Made by a program: the position numbers and the translations under genes. 64,000 bases of DNA. Origin: Kudoa neothunni (Eukaryota; Animalia; Cnidaria). Under the pieces are notes generated by a model. That model did no database searches, was not told where the DNA came from, and saw only the letters and a program-made list of their open reading frames with translations. This document shows, piece after piece, positions 14,498 through 27,850 of this stretch; within the stretch, counting starts at the first letter, position 1, and every line of letters starts with the position of its first letter. Where the stretch lies: positions 821,616 to 885,615 of the forward strand of contig OZ199839.1 of assembly GCA_964304625.1 (NCBI GenBank), written 5' to 3'.

Positions 14498-15636
14498 TGT
14501 TAAGATTGCGCGCAGCCGCCCGATCCTTCGATTGCTCAGATCCAGCAATAAAAAGATTTTACCAAAAACATTACACTCAATTTGGAGTTAATAATTTTTT
14601 TGTCGTTGGATTAAATAATTTTTAGATTTTCTAAGGTAGAACAAAATTTCGTTCACGTCAACAACATTCACTAATCCTTCAGTTGATCAATAGAATTGTC
14701 AAATGGGTTACAAAATGAGAAAATGTCTTTTATTTTTCGAGGTTTTTAATAATCTTTAAACTAAAAATTTAATTTAAATTATTTTATTTGATATACACGA
14801 TAAGGTTCAAGTTCACAGTCAAACCATAAGCTATAACGCTAATCCTAGAGTAGTTCACCCGCATAAGTTAGAGCAGGAAATCTACCTTGAATATTGTTCT
14901 AAACATACAAACTTCGAATATTATTTCATGAAAACTTAATTGTGATTAAATATTTATGTGATTATTTGTTGGTGTATAAGATATCTATTTAATCGTTGAT
15001 CATTTGATTAGCACTAATCCTCGCATGGCGGGTTCCCAAAATCAAAGTTCGTACCCTTATGTCAATCGATTGGGCACGAAGAGAATTCTAAGATTGTGTT
15101 CAATTCAGCTCTAGTTGTCTATTATTGTTTGTCTTCCACAGCCAACATTAGACATAGCTTCTATTATATATTATATACTAGAGAAGCTCATGATCAATAC
15201 TTTCCAATAATCATTGTAAAACTTTAAGTGAACAAGAAACACAATGTTCACAATGATTCTGAATTAATTGAAACTATTATTGTTTTATGTCACTTTGAAT
15301 TATACGTTAACATTTTAGTATAATAATAAACTGAGAATTATTTAACATAAAATGTATCGGGTGTTTACCGATACAATAGACCAGTTTTACTGTAATTGAA
15401 TAAATCTATTAGATAGTATAGTCGATATGCGATATTGCGTGATTTTTCCTCATAACAACAAAATTACGCAATATCGAGACAAGCGCTTGCACACACAGGG
15501 GAATATAATTTGTTGTGTTTGGTTTATACGATTATCTTATTTCCAATAAACGTTAATTAATCAGCCTAATTATAGGACACTTATTTTAATTATTCCATAA
15601 AAATTGAAACTATTGGTTTAAGTTATTTTAGATTAA

Positions 15637-17239
15637 CCCTGTAACGATCTCAAAATCAGTACCCATGTAACACTTTTTAATTCGCCAATGTGTGTAAAAA
15701 ATAATTAATTTTGGAATCCAAAATCTTGTTAAATTTAAACAAATAGAATCATTGGAATATTGTATTAATTACGCCAAATAATCTCAAACTAATGCCGAAT
15801 ATGACATTATCAGGATGTATCGACGTTCTCCGTAAGTTTTTACAAAATAAAAATAATATTAGGGGGTAATAAAAAACTCATTAAAAAATAATTATAACAA
15901 TTAATTTTAGCGCTTTAAAAGAATTTAGAAGCATGAGCGGAGAAATAAAACTTGCAGCAATTATGACACCATTTAGAGTTTTTCCTATCATCTATCATTC
16001 ATAATAATCTCAGCGTGACAATTTTTTATCTAAACTTGGTTCTTTATTCGATTATCAGATTTATTTGAATTTCCTTTGATAACTTTTCCGGAGATTCTAT
16101 TTATAATGAATTGTACAATTCTTCGGAAAGTTTCTCGTTCATTTTTTCTCTAAATTAAATAGGTCGTTGAATAATACATATGCGTCAATCATGTGAAATG
16201 ACGATAATTGGCCATCTTCTTTTAAATTTCTGGGTAGAAATTGATGCCAACATTCTACCCACATTATCAACCTCACCCCTGGTTGCTTTGTAATGCATTA
16301 TCCATTATCGCATAAATTTAAAAATTTTTAGACGCTTCGATGACAGTATTATCAGTGGTAATTGTCTATCCTTATGAATAGTTATTAGATTGGAAGGTCT
16401 ACATAATCTTTAAGGTCATTTTCATTGGTATCATGTCACCCATCATTGAAATAATGATTTCCAAGCATATTTTTGTATATTTTTTTTGGATAATACCACC
16501 GGTTTCTGAGGTAATTTTTAACGAAAATCAATCAATAAATGATTTTATTTTTGATACAACATATGAAGTGGCATTAAGGATAGAATTCATTATGTTTTCG
16601 GCACAGGTTTTTCTCGTAGGTAACTTTTGGTAAACTCCAAATAATTCCACTTTTACTTTTTAAATTATTATCATTAATATCTATAGGGTCTATTTCTTCA
16701 TCCGATATATCATTTTCATTAATAACTTGATCATCAAGGTTGCTTCCAGATGAAGTATGTTCGTCAATGAAATCACTAGCGTCATTCATTTATTTAGAAT
16801 TATTTAGAATTATTTAGAATTATTTAGAATTATTTAGAATTATTTAGAATTATTCAGAATTATTCAGAATTATTCAGAATTATTCAGAATTATGCACTGG
16901 CGCACATGTGCATTGATCAAACGAGTCATTTTGTTCGTTATTTTCTTCAAATCTACTCGTTTGATTTAACTAATAATTTATCATTTAATTACTTAAAAGA
17001 TACTCTTTAGATTAAAGTAATAAAAAAGTGGGGTAAATTTTACCTCAAAAAACGTTCGAGGATAATATTTAAATAAAATTTTTTCTTTTCATTAGTTTTT
17101 ACCAATTTGTTTAGTAAAAGTAAATCGTTATATGATACAAGAATATTAAAAATTTGGTGAGGTTTAATAAATGAAATAAAAAGATATAATAAATAAAAAA
17201 TCGCTTTGGGGTAAAATTTACCCCAAAATCGTTAGAGGA
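15637..17239 (-). mobile_element. Internally deleted piggyBac related to the intact copy
   Basis: TTAA|CCCTGTAACGAT...ATCGTTAGAGGA|TTAA; GGGGTAAAATTTACCCC palindromes (~17030, ~17208); acidic N-terminus with SKSGIIW (ORF 16574-16789); remnants GEVDNVGRMLASIS..FKRRWP and a Cys-rich tail. Confidence 0.85.
16791..16893. repeat. 10-bp tandem repeat, 10 copies
   Basis: 6x TATTTAGAAT followed by 4x TATTCAGAAT. Confidence 0.95.
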
Positions 17240-19239
17240 TTAATACAACTTGGGGGATAATACTTTTAATATTCGATCCATTGTTGGATAGAGATCGAAG
17301 ATTACAGACGGAACTTTTTGAATAAATGCATTCCTTAAATTACTTACGGCATGTTTCATATCTTTACCGAAACTTTAGTTTGTTCAACATCAAATTCAAC
17401 TTCATTCTCAATTGATTTGTGTGGTTGATACTACCTCGTAATTTTAGCTTTCACAACTAGATACGCTATCATCATCATCATCATCAAATTTCGTCTCCCT
17501 TGTATTTTTATAAACTTTAAAAACATAAAAATTATATTTATAATTAAAAATTTTCAAAAATTTATCATTACTTTTCGTCTTCCATCTAAAACTATATCTA
17601 TTGTGATATAATTTTAGATGGTTGAACAAGTTTTTGCTTTCGCAAAAAATATAGGATATTTGAAAAAATTTTACAATAATTTTTTGTGAAATGGTGTTTA
17701 ATGCTAATTGAGAGTCAAAATTGCATCAAGGAAAGTATATTTAGTATTCGACGAATCTTCATCTAATATCTTAGGACAACACATCATTTTTTATATATAC
17801 ATTTAAAGCAATGAAATCACTCTTAGATCTAGTGATTGCGAAACACCTGTTGTATTTTTAGATAAAAAGGGAAGCTTTAAATTTCTAAAACAGTTTAGGT
17901 CTTTCGGATGTGCTCAAGAAGATTAATATTTTTTGTTTCTGATTTCATTTTATAATTTAGCTTTTTCATTGTCTGGTTAAAATAACGTAAGTCAATCAGG
18001 AATTTTTTGGAGCATAATACTCATAAAATAAATTTTTTATCCCCTGAAACAAATAGGATTTTGGCATTTTCCAATTATGAATAAAGGAAATGTTTCTCAA
18101 CTTGAAGAGCATAATACTAAAATCGATATCCTTTTTTGAAAGCTTTTTACCTTTATGTCATTTTCTTACATTAATACATGACTGCTGTTCTGTAATTGTT
18201 AATAAAAAAAGCAGTTCCATCAATATTTATTGTCTCCTTAGTTAAACGTGTATATCCAATTTTTATTTTCAAAAATCCACGAATCAATAGATATAAGGAT
18301 AATGCTCGCAGCTTCACGCGGAAAATGTTTACATATGATCTCAAATCTTTTATAAACTCCCCTAACCCTTCCTAAATTTCTGTAAAATTTTAAATGTCTC
18401 TCATTTTTTCCATGGTGGTACCATTTAAATAATTGTCTCCAGACATAATGTAACCATTCGTGCGGTTTTTGATAAACCTCTTCACCTTTGTTGATGAATC
18501 TTCCTACTTCTTGTAACGCATAAATTTTTCCGCTCGGTTTCATGAGAAAGAAATCTGCCAAGAATTTAATGCCACTGAAGATAAATATTAAAATAGAATA
18601 AAACTAATTATACCACTAAGTATAAATTTCACAACCATCATTTTCTCGGTATCTTTTATTGTTTTATTCAATTGAAATACTGTATTATTCAGATTTTCGT
18701 AGAATTACCACGCTGTTTTCTCCACATATTGAAGTTAAAATCACGCAATATCCAATCTTGACTGTACACACCTATTAAGTTAGATATGTGATTTTCCTAG
18801 AAGACCTTAATGCAGGATAAACTTTCTGTATTCGTCAGCATTTTAATTTATACTCAAACCAACTCCGAGTGAAAATAATTGAAGCCAACATCTGCCATTA
18901 GTTGCAGATATTTTTGGCATTAGAGATATTTCAACTAATTTAATCTTAGCTGAAATATCTCTTGTCATTAATGAGGGAAATTCTGCCCCATCTCAAAAAA
19001 GACATAATATAACGGATTTATTTTTTTGCGGAAAAATGTAACTAAAATAAATATAAACCGATAATAAATTAATATTCAGATTTTGTTCTTCTTTATTTCT
19101 TGGAAGCAATACTTAGTCCCCAAACAAGTCTCCTTATCTGGTAAATATTATTAGATAAAGATATGCATTAATCGAAATTTATAAATGAGCTCGATATTTA
19201 ATATTTTAGTGCAAAATACCGGGTGTGAATAGTGAATAC

Positions 19240-19880
19240 TCGCGCATGGGCGTACATATGATGTTTGATTTTGTATTTTATTTATATCTTTACTAATTAA
19301 ATATAAAAATGAACATGTGAAAAAATTTTGAATGTAAAGTTTTAGATTATATAATTTTTTCGAGCAGATCGACTATAACTTAAAATATAAAAATTGTAAA
19401 TAATTCAACAAAAAATCCTAAAAATTTACTTTCGCCGATAATTAAATATTATTTGTAGCTTGATTTATACTATATTTAAAAAAATTTAACTTCCGTTAAA
19501 GTATTTTATAATTTGTTTATTTAGAATGTTAAAAAATGAAAATTGTAAAAAGTTGCTACTATAGACCATTTATGATTTCCATAAAATAGTTTATTTATGA
19601 GTGAACAAGAATCAAATTATTGTTCATGTTTTACACAGTGATAGACAGAAAATAGTAGATTAAAAACGTCAATTATTTTTCGGTAGAAATCATAAAATAA
19701 TTATTGTTTACCAGACTTATTTCAGCTTGGATTACTTATGAATCATACATGATATACATTCGAGAGAGACTCCAATTACTTATAATCGGTACATTAGATA
19801 CGAAAACATGCTTGATCTTATAATTTTTTATTGATTCAATGTGAGTCTAGAATCCTAGTCGAGATACCTCTCATTAAATT
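19240..19880 (+). repeat. Unclassified ~650-bp interspersed repeat, copy 2
   Basis: Similar to 12240-12890; boundaries approximate. Confidence 0.65.
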
Positions 19881-20839
19881 ATCAAATTTAATTAAGGAAG
19901 TGCCTATTAATACGGTAATTAATATTCAGGGGACGCTGGTTTTGACTATAGTTAATTATTTTTGGTTCCAAAGAGCAAAGCAGCGGGCCAAAAATAATTA
20001 AATATAACATATTCTAAGAAATTCAATCCATAAACAGCTTGTAAGTAGGAGTTGCCAACACTGAAAATTCCAAGTGCGCAAGCGTGCATGTCGTTTAAGA
20101 TTAAGTTTTACCGTGCGAATAGTCTCTGTCATTTATTGTCTTGTTAATATTCTCTCTAGATAACTCCGATTTTGTTTCCCTATTTATCCGATCCATTCTT
20201 TTATCAACTAAAATATTTAATATTTAAAATATCTAAAATTTTAAATTTTATTTAATAAATGAAACTGAATTTAGCTTTAAATTTTTCTATTTATTTATTT
20301 TATCATAAATCTGACGAACTCCCATAGTTTTCTCCAACAAAAATATTTTCCCAATTTTTCAACTGCATACTACCATTGTCACCGGTCTCATTTAACAAAC
20401 CAGTACGAGTGCCAATAGGTATCTAATACCTACAAAGTGTTTTTCAAGAATTTGTTTATATTTTTCTCATAATTTAAGAGAAAAATTGTTTGACCAAATA
20501 TACTTTGAAAAATACGAATAATTTTTATAATTATTTTTTCACGTGGTCATATAATAGATAAGTATAAAATTAATAGCATTATTTCAAAAAATGCGTAATA
20601 ACCATACCAAGCGATAGCCTTTTGTTACTATATAATCAAATTATAACTTTATCAGAACGCAACAATTTCTTTAGAAAATGTTCCCAAACACCAAATTATT
20701 ATTGCCGTTATGATACTAATCTTCGACTTATTCAGATGTTCAAAAATAATAAATAAAATAATAATCATGTTGGATTTTTTCGTTTAGTGTAAACATCGAG
20801 AACTTCACTCGTGTTCTTCGACTTGGCGCAAGCGCAACA

Positions 20840-23180
20840 ATGATAACTTCGTTATGTTGGGTATCGAAAAGAAGCCAAAATTTCAAAGAATTACATGTAT
20901 TGCATTTGAAATTGCTTAAGCTAATTTTTTTTTCAACCATATTAATAATAAAGCATCATCCAAACAATAATTGGAAATATTACTAAATCAACGGATTTAC
21001 TATCAAATTAAATTTGATCGTAATATTCCCTTATATGGTTAATCCTTATTTAGTTGGATGAATTAGTTCAAGAAGCCGTTAAATTAGAAAATATCGAGCA
21101 GGATCCCAATTCTAAAGAGAAACCCAGTGCACATAAAATCACTTCCCCTGACCCCTCACATCAATCGACTAAAAATGAAGATCATTTTTCGTAACCTATT
21201 CCAATTTTTGTATAAAAGTTGTCAGCTAATTAAAGAGAACCATCGAAATGTTCAAAGACGACTGAATCACCTGTAGATATTTACAAACTTTACAACTTTA
21301 ACGATTTTTCTGATGGTAGTTAAACTTTTGTGTACTCTAATCCATTAATTAATTGTTAAAAATTTATAGAAACCCCTCAAAAGAATCATACAAACTGCTC
21401 TAGTGACGATCAACGTGACAGTAGTAATGATGAAACTTCCGACACAGTCAGCGACGTGGAACTGTCTAATTTACCCAGTTCGGACAGTTTAGATTTTAAA
21501 AATACTCTCAAAGAAACTGAAAAAGTAGTTAAACTAATTTCGTACGCAATTACTGAGTACAATGTTTAGTTTGATGTTGATTCGGACGACAGCTCCTCCT
21601 ATAGAATCCGAGAGGGAGATAATGTGATTGCGGTAGCAACTTGTATGGATAAAGTAGGAAGCGTCGATTTCTATGGTAATAAAAATTACCAATCCAATGT
21701 CGGATATTAGTCTCAATTAGTTTTTAACGACGAAACCAAAGATCTGTTTGCTCATCACGACGTTCTTGTAAAATATGATCCAATTTGCATAGAATATGTT
21801 GATTTTGCTCTATTTGAAGAATGTGGTGAGTTTTGTTGTTTTCAGATAATTTTTAAAGTGATTATGGTGAGATAGATGGATTGATAGCGCTATCTTATAG
21901 TCGTCCTGGTATCGATTTTTTCGATATCTCAATTGTGGATTCGTTAGATCCAATTTTCACACTTGGCTCTCATTCCAAAAAGGTATGATGCATAAATCTA
22001 TTAGCTTATAGCGTTATTTAAAAATATGAGTGCGCAATTAAATCCTAAAAATTGATTCTAGTGAAATTTAAATTATCGTTATTAGAAACAACGACCATCT
22101 CACAGCGCCAACGATCATACCAAAGCAGTTACATCTATTAGTTGGAATAGACGCATAAAGTATGGTGTTGGAGTTAATTTACACGTAATTTTTAATGTTC
22201 CAGGAATCTTTTTGGTTCCTGTTCTGTTGATGGTTCTTCTATTGTATGGGATCTAAACTCATTGGAACCAGTTAAATATGACAAAATCAGCCAGAAAAAA
22301 GAAAATGCCGTATACTTGATTCTGATAAGTTGTATACTGTCAATTATGTTTCAAAGTTAGATGCAATTAAATGGAATTCTTTGGTTGATCATCAATACCT
22401 TACTCTTGAATCTAATGGGTAAATTTGTAATCTATAAAATTTTAAATTATACTTCCCGTTAGAATCGTCCGTACCTATGATTATAGAATGGACAAGGTAT
22501 TTACTGATGATAAATAATTTTGTCAGGAATAAGCTGAATTTTTAGTATTCTCAGAAATATGTTTTGAAACAGTTGATAACTAAGTTTGATACCGCTAAAA
22601 ATATAACTACCATCGACCACAGTGAGGATTTTATGGTGGATAATATTCTGTGGAATCGTCATAACCAAAACCAATTTATTGTAATTTCGCATTGTTGACA
22701 ATTTGATAATAAATTTTTTAAGACTTCCGATGGAGAAGGTTACATTTCAGTATTTGATATTAGGAACAGTGAAATTATTAGACGTTTCCAGGCTCACGAA
22801 TGTGAAGTTACTGGTAGTTGAAACCATTTTTTAAATAATTTTATGTAAACATTTTAGCCATGGATATGTGCTATTTTGATGAGAGCTATTTTGCCACTGT
22901 AAGTGAAGAATTCCAACTGTGTGTTTGGGATATCACAAAGTCGGAGGAAATTTTGACAAATACCTTCAATCTCGGTGAATCAAATGTATCTAACATGCTT
23001 TTATATGTGGTTGTTATCTTTTTTTTGAATAAACACTAGAACCCAATCTGCGATATTCGTTTTTCACCAGAGACCCCACATCATCTTGCCGTTTGCCCTG
23101 CGTTAGATGCCATTAGAGTCCTAGATCTGACACCCAATCCAAACAACCAATCTAACAATCGCAAAAGAAGAATGGAATAA
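20840..23180 (+). CDS. PWP1: Periodic tryptophan protein 1 homolog (WD40, ribosome biogenesis), multi-exon
   Basis: N-terminus MITSLCWVSK, acidic linker, HHDVLVKYDPICIEYVDF, IDFFDISIVDSLDPIFTLGS, HTKAVTSISWN..FGSCSVDGSSIVWDL, FQAHECEVT; TAA at 23178-23180. Confidence 0.85.
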
Positions 23181-25103
23181 TTTATATATTCCTCTATAAA
23201 AAACTGCTATTAGTGTTTGGTTTTTACCTGTAAAGTTGGACCTAATTCTCACGTTTTATTGCATTCCGAGTGGTGTTGTCGCAATCAAAATTATTTATTG
23301 AACTATGCATTGTTACAAGCTTAGTTACTGTATTAACAAGAGATATTGAGAGTAGTAAAAAATGTTATTAGCCATTAGGCCAAATGATGAGAAAACATTT
23401 TTCTAGAGAAAGTAGCCGCACATTTGATAGCATGTTGATTGCAAAATAGGAGTTTTTCTTAAAATTCAGTTTATGACAGATAATCCTACAGTGGTAACAA
23501 CATATGTGTAGTTCAGAATAAACTTATTAAATATGAATAAGGATCTTAAATAAGAAATATAATCATTTTAACGACATTCGTATCAATAAGACAGAATTTT
23601 CCCACGCGAATTATAAAAAAATACTTGAATACATAATAAAGTCTATATTATTAATATTTCAATAAGAACCAAAAATTTAATAGTTGAGATTATATTTATA
23701 GATATTTATAATACTTGTAATCGACAACATATAGCTGAAATACTTTAGATAAGTTTGCCAAATCGTATTTTCACGAAATATAAGCTTTCAACTCAAAATC
23801 AAACTTGCACCCTTTAAGATAAGATAGGATAAAATGTTCTGGTTTAAAGTTTAATTTTTCGGTTCATACAATAGTAATTTTAAAAAGGAACTTAAAAATG
23901 ACAAAAGGTAATATTTTCTAGGTTGAGGGCTGTATCTCGAATTGTTTATAGTTTTATGTTTTTAAAATATTATTCCTATTTCGAATAAATATTTCCAACA
24001 AAGGTAATTAATTTTAACTAAATTTCAATATAAACCCTCACACATTTGTAGCTGGATATTTCTTACGTGAATGGGAATTGCAATTTAAATAATGGGAATG
24101 CATTAAATAAAATTAAAGTTTTGAAAGTGATTGTTGATTTTAAAACTCTTCGTTGTTTATTATTAATTATTATTATTTTGAAAAGAAACTACTTAAAAAA
24201 TGGTTTCAAAACATGTGTCATAGTACTGATATTTGTCTTCTTTCGAGTTGGTTTTCGATCGTCCCATAAAACCATTCAAAATCAAGATCATATTGTATAA
24301 ACCGCGTTTCCCCTATTAAAGACCTACTTCGAAAATAACACCTGGTGGTATTCATGAGCTGGTTTTTGGAAAGAGCTAATGAGATACTCGAAATTTAGAC
24401 ATTCTGAATTATATAGCAAAGCATCTTTAATAATATAATTTTATTGGGTATTTTAACTATAATAATAATAATAATAATAATACTTTTAAAAATAGAATAC
24501 TCATTTAAAGCGTAGATTTTGGAATGATTGTCATTCTATCTACATTTAAAAAATAGTAAAAATAATAGTCAAATTTATTTTCTGTACTAGCGCAGACTGA
24601 AGCCTTGAGTAGACCAAGGTCCTTTGAAGTTCAAAGTAAATTCAGAGTATTTAGATAAATAGTACAAAGATTACCCACTTCAATTAACGGATGATTTATT
24701 GAATTAATTGGACGCATCAACCTTATATAATATTTTTAAAAACGAATGAACACTACTGAACGTTTAAATTTCCTATTTAGAGCTCCTAAAATATCGATTT
24801 TCTCCTTGTTGTTTGCAGTAATCTCTAAATCATACCAAATGAATTTCATATTAATATCTAACTACATAACCTAATATTATCCTCCTTATTTGAATTAAAT
24901 CAATTATTAAATTACTTTTCAATTATTTTAAAGTAGAATAAACGTTATGTTACGTTTAAAATTAACTTTTTATAACTTTAACAAAATGACCTATATGTTT
25001 GCGTGAATCTTCAACTCATACCAATCGTATCACGTGAAAATGTTTTTAGTCATTTTGTAGGATGCAAATCTTGTATAATTTTTTATCTATTTTTTTGCAT
25101 TAA

Positions 25104-27589
25104 CCCTCCAACGGATGAAAAAACGACCACCCTCCAACGGGCTTTGGGGTAAAAAAGACCCCAGATTTTTTTTAATTTAATGTATGCAGAAAATTATTAT
25201 AAACTTATGAGGGAAATATGGGAAAATTCTGCCTAAGTAACGCTGAGAAAATAATCAATTACTTCATAATTAATCTTCAGTAATCCTCTTCGGCAAGATT
25301 AAGCAGATATCGCGATAAATCGTTTTTATAACGTATAATATGTTTAGTCTTATTTGAAATAATGAAAAATAACATTTTAGAAAAAAATAAAAGATAAAAT
25401 ATTTTCAAGGGTCCCTAATAAATTTGGTTTATATTAGCTAGCAATTTAGACATTTATTTGACGAATGGGCGCGACAGTAGAAACTTACACATTTTGAGCA
25501 TTTGGATGAGGTTTTCTTATCCTTTTCACGAGGACAATGTTCACATCTTCGTTTAGAAGTATTTGAATCTGCAGAGTTGTATGTTTCCACAGAAGTTGGA
25601 TGAGATCTTTTTAAACATTTTTTCATTTGGGAATTTCTCTCCAAAAGAGGTTTATACAACTCTCCAGCCATTTCTTTCAGAAAATCACGTCTCAATTTTG
25701 TGGAATCGTTAAATATGTGTTTATATAGACAAAATGAATTTATCAAAGTCAAATCCAACATATTATAAAAGACCACCATGGGCCAGCGTCGATTAAATCT
25801 GCGGACCGAAACGGAAGCCAACATCCGATCCACGGTATCTACTCCTCCTTTGGAACCATTATAATCCATTATTGTTTCAGGCTTTTGTTTATGTGTATCG
25901 TTGGTTACGTTGGTGTTGGTTGTTCCTGAGGATAGGAGAATCACTGCTCTTCTTTTTTTGTTGACATATGAAGTGATCATATATTTATCAAAAAATATAA
26001 ACATAGTGCTGAATAAGGAACGATTTCTAGACGGAAGAACACACGGTGGTAAATCTCTCTTATTGTGTCGAATTGTTCCAAGATATGTCAGACGTTTGTC
26101 TAACAGCTTCTCGGCTAGTCTAAGGGAAGAGAAAAAATTATCTGCAACTATAGTTCTTCCTGAGTTATACAAGGGAGCTGTAAGGGAAAGCACAATATTC
26201 TCACCAACACCACAGTTTTGGCTAGCTTGAGTTCCGTTCTTTCCTAGATAGGGAGAAATATTTACAACATATTTGTGGACTGGATCGACAGCTAGGAAAA
26301 ACTTTAGGCCATATTTCGCCGGCTTCATCGGCATATATTGTCTAAATGAGCATCTTCCTCTAAACGAGACTAACTGCTCGTCAACGGTAACATTTTCACC
26401 GGGGAAAAAACATATAGGTAGAGTCTGGATCCACATGTTCCATATGTTGCGAATTGGACAAAATTTATCCAATTCTCTTCTTTCAGATCTGGTGCTTGGA
26501 TTATCAAAATGAATACATCGTAGAATTTGGCGAAAACGATTAAATGAAAAGATTTCGCGATACATCTCTCTCCCTTCCTTTATACTAAACATTTCTAAAA
26601 GAGGTTGCTCTCTGTCTTTGTAGACAGCCATCAAAATTAGTGTTCCGAAAAATCCTCTTAATTCAACGTCGTCTAAATCATTCCATAAATCAGAAAAGTG
26701 TAATTTCCCGTGAACGTTTGTTTGTTTTATTATTTCCTGGCAAATTTCATCAGTGAAGAATATAAAAAAACAGTCCAACACGTTTTTGACTCTTTGTATG
26801 CAATAAGCTGTTGGCCCAGGTCGAGGATTCATGATATTCTCCTTCAGCATTTTTGATGGAGGTGGCTTATTCAATGTCCAAAGTATTCCGCTTTTGCTTG
26901 TCGTAGAATCCGCAGGATGTTCGCAATCTGATGTATCATCGGATTCTTCGGAATATTCAAGAACGGTTTCATCAATGTCGCTACTTAAAGGTTGATATTC
27001 ATCGCTAAAATCCTCAGATGGTGCCATGATTATCTCAATGTGCGCAACAAACGATAAAATTGGTGTATATTTCGCGTTAACCCTCATATACGGTCCTAAG
27101 GCTTAAATTATCTATAGCTTATTTTGTAGGGGATTATTTATTGCTAGCATACGGAGGTAATATGTTAATTTTGTTTGTATTTAACTAATAAACATTGACC
27201 TTGCGGTATTCATATAAACGATGGTTACGATACGTTGCGATTACATACTTAACCGGATTACGGAGGATTATATTGATTAATAATTGCTGAATTTGACAGT
27301 ATTTATTAGGCAGATTTTTTTTTAAATTTCCAAGTCATCTTATAATAATTTTCTACATACATCAAATCAAAAAAAACTGGGGTCTTTTTTACCCCAAAGC
27401 CCGTTGGAAGATAAAAATTTTGTTCGATAAGAAATAATCAATATTCCACATAAAGATTTTTATAAATCTATTTATTAAAATAATTTAGGAGAATAGACGA
27501 AATTTTAAGTATCCCAGATAATTATAAAATATTCTATGGACAAATTAAAATCGTTTTGGGGTCTAAAAGACCCCAAGCCCGTTAGAGGG
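25104..27589 (-). mobile_element. Full-length, apparently intact piggyBac transposon (2486 bp)
   Basis: TTAA TSDs at 25100-25103 and 27590-27593; termini CCCTCCAACGG / CCGTTAGAGGG; GGGGT-N7-ACCCC palindromes at ~25146, ~27379 and ~27558; uninterrupted transposase ORF. Confidence 0.97.
25438..27087 (-). CDS. piggyBac transposase (PGBD4-like DDD); likely true start is ATG 27027 (529 aa)
   Basis: Catalytic motifs TVDEQL, VADNFF, GGVDTVD; KPAKYGLK; RRWPMVVFYNMLD; C-terminal Cys-rich domain CEHC..CSKC..CRAH..CLNC. Confidence 0.97.
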   Translation of the reverse strand: MRVNAKYTPILSFVAHIEIIMAPSEDFSDEYQPLSSDIDETVLEYSEESDDTSDCEHPADSTTSKSGILWTLNKPPPSKMLKENIMNPRPGPTAYCIQRVKNVLDCFFIFFTDEICQEIIKQTNVHGKLHFSDLWNDLDDVELRGFFGTLILMAVYKDREQPLLEMFSIKEGREMYREIFSFNRFRQILRCIHFDNPSTRSERRELDKFCPIRNIWNMWIQTLPICFFPGENVTVDEQLVSFRGRCSFRQYMPMKPAKYGLKFFLAVDPVHKYVVNISPYLGKNGTQASQNCGVGENIVLSLTAPLYNSGRTIVADNFFSSLRLAEKLLDKRLTYLGTIRHNKRDLPPCVLPSRNRSLFSTMFIFFDKYMITSYVNKKRRAVILLSSGTTNTNVTNDTHKQKPETIMDYNGSKGGVDTVDRMLASVSVRRFNRRWPMVVFYNMLDLTLINSFCLYKHIFNDSTKLRRDFLKEMAGELYKPLLERNSQMKKCLKRSHPTSVETYNSADSNTSKRRCEHCPREKDKKTSSKCSKCVSFYCRAHSSNKCLNC

Positions 27590-27850
27590 TTAAAACAAAA
27601 TTTTATCTTTCCATATATTTGCTCAAATGGAACGATATGTCTCTCTATAAATAATTAAAAATGCGTACACACACAATGATTTCCTGTTTGTTTTATATAG
27701 CAGATTTTTATTCGCACACAAATGGCTGATAATTCAAATTCAAAATGAAATCCGATTATAATAAAACGAGATAAATAATTGATATAAATCATTAATTATA
27801 GTTATAAAAGTCAAGGTTTAGTTTAAACGGAATTAAGATCATATTATTAA

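Larger units (their letters stand above)
15419..18764 (-). mobile_element. Decayed Tigger/pogo transposon carrying a nested piggyBac
   Basis: TA|TAGTCGATATGCGATATTGCGTGATTTT and AAAATCACGCAATATCCAATCTTGACTG|TA, same TIR family as 1444-2944; ORF 18238-18561 resembles a CENP-B-type HTH (QLFKWY...KRFEI...GEAAS-like) followed by degenerate GKKLSKK.I..pogo DDE segment. Confidence 0.8.

Noticed and set aside
16791-16893. Repeat array as CRISPR
   Set aside because: Contiguous 10-bp units without spacers, no cas genes, eukaryotic context.
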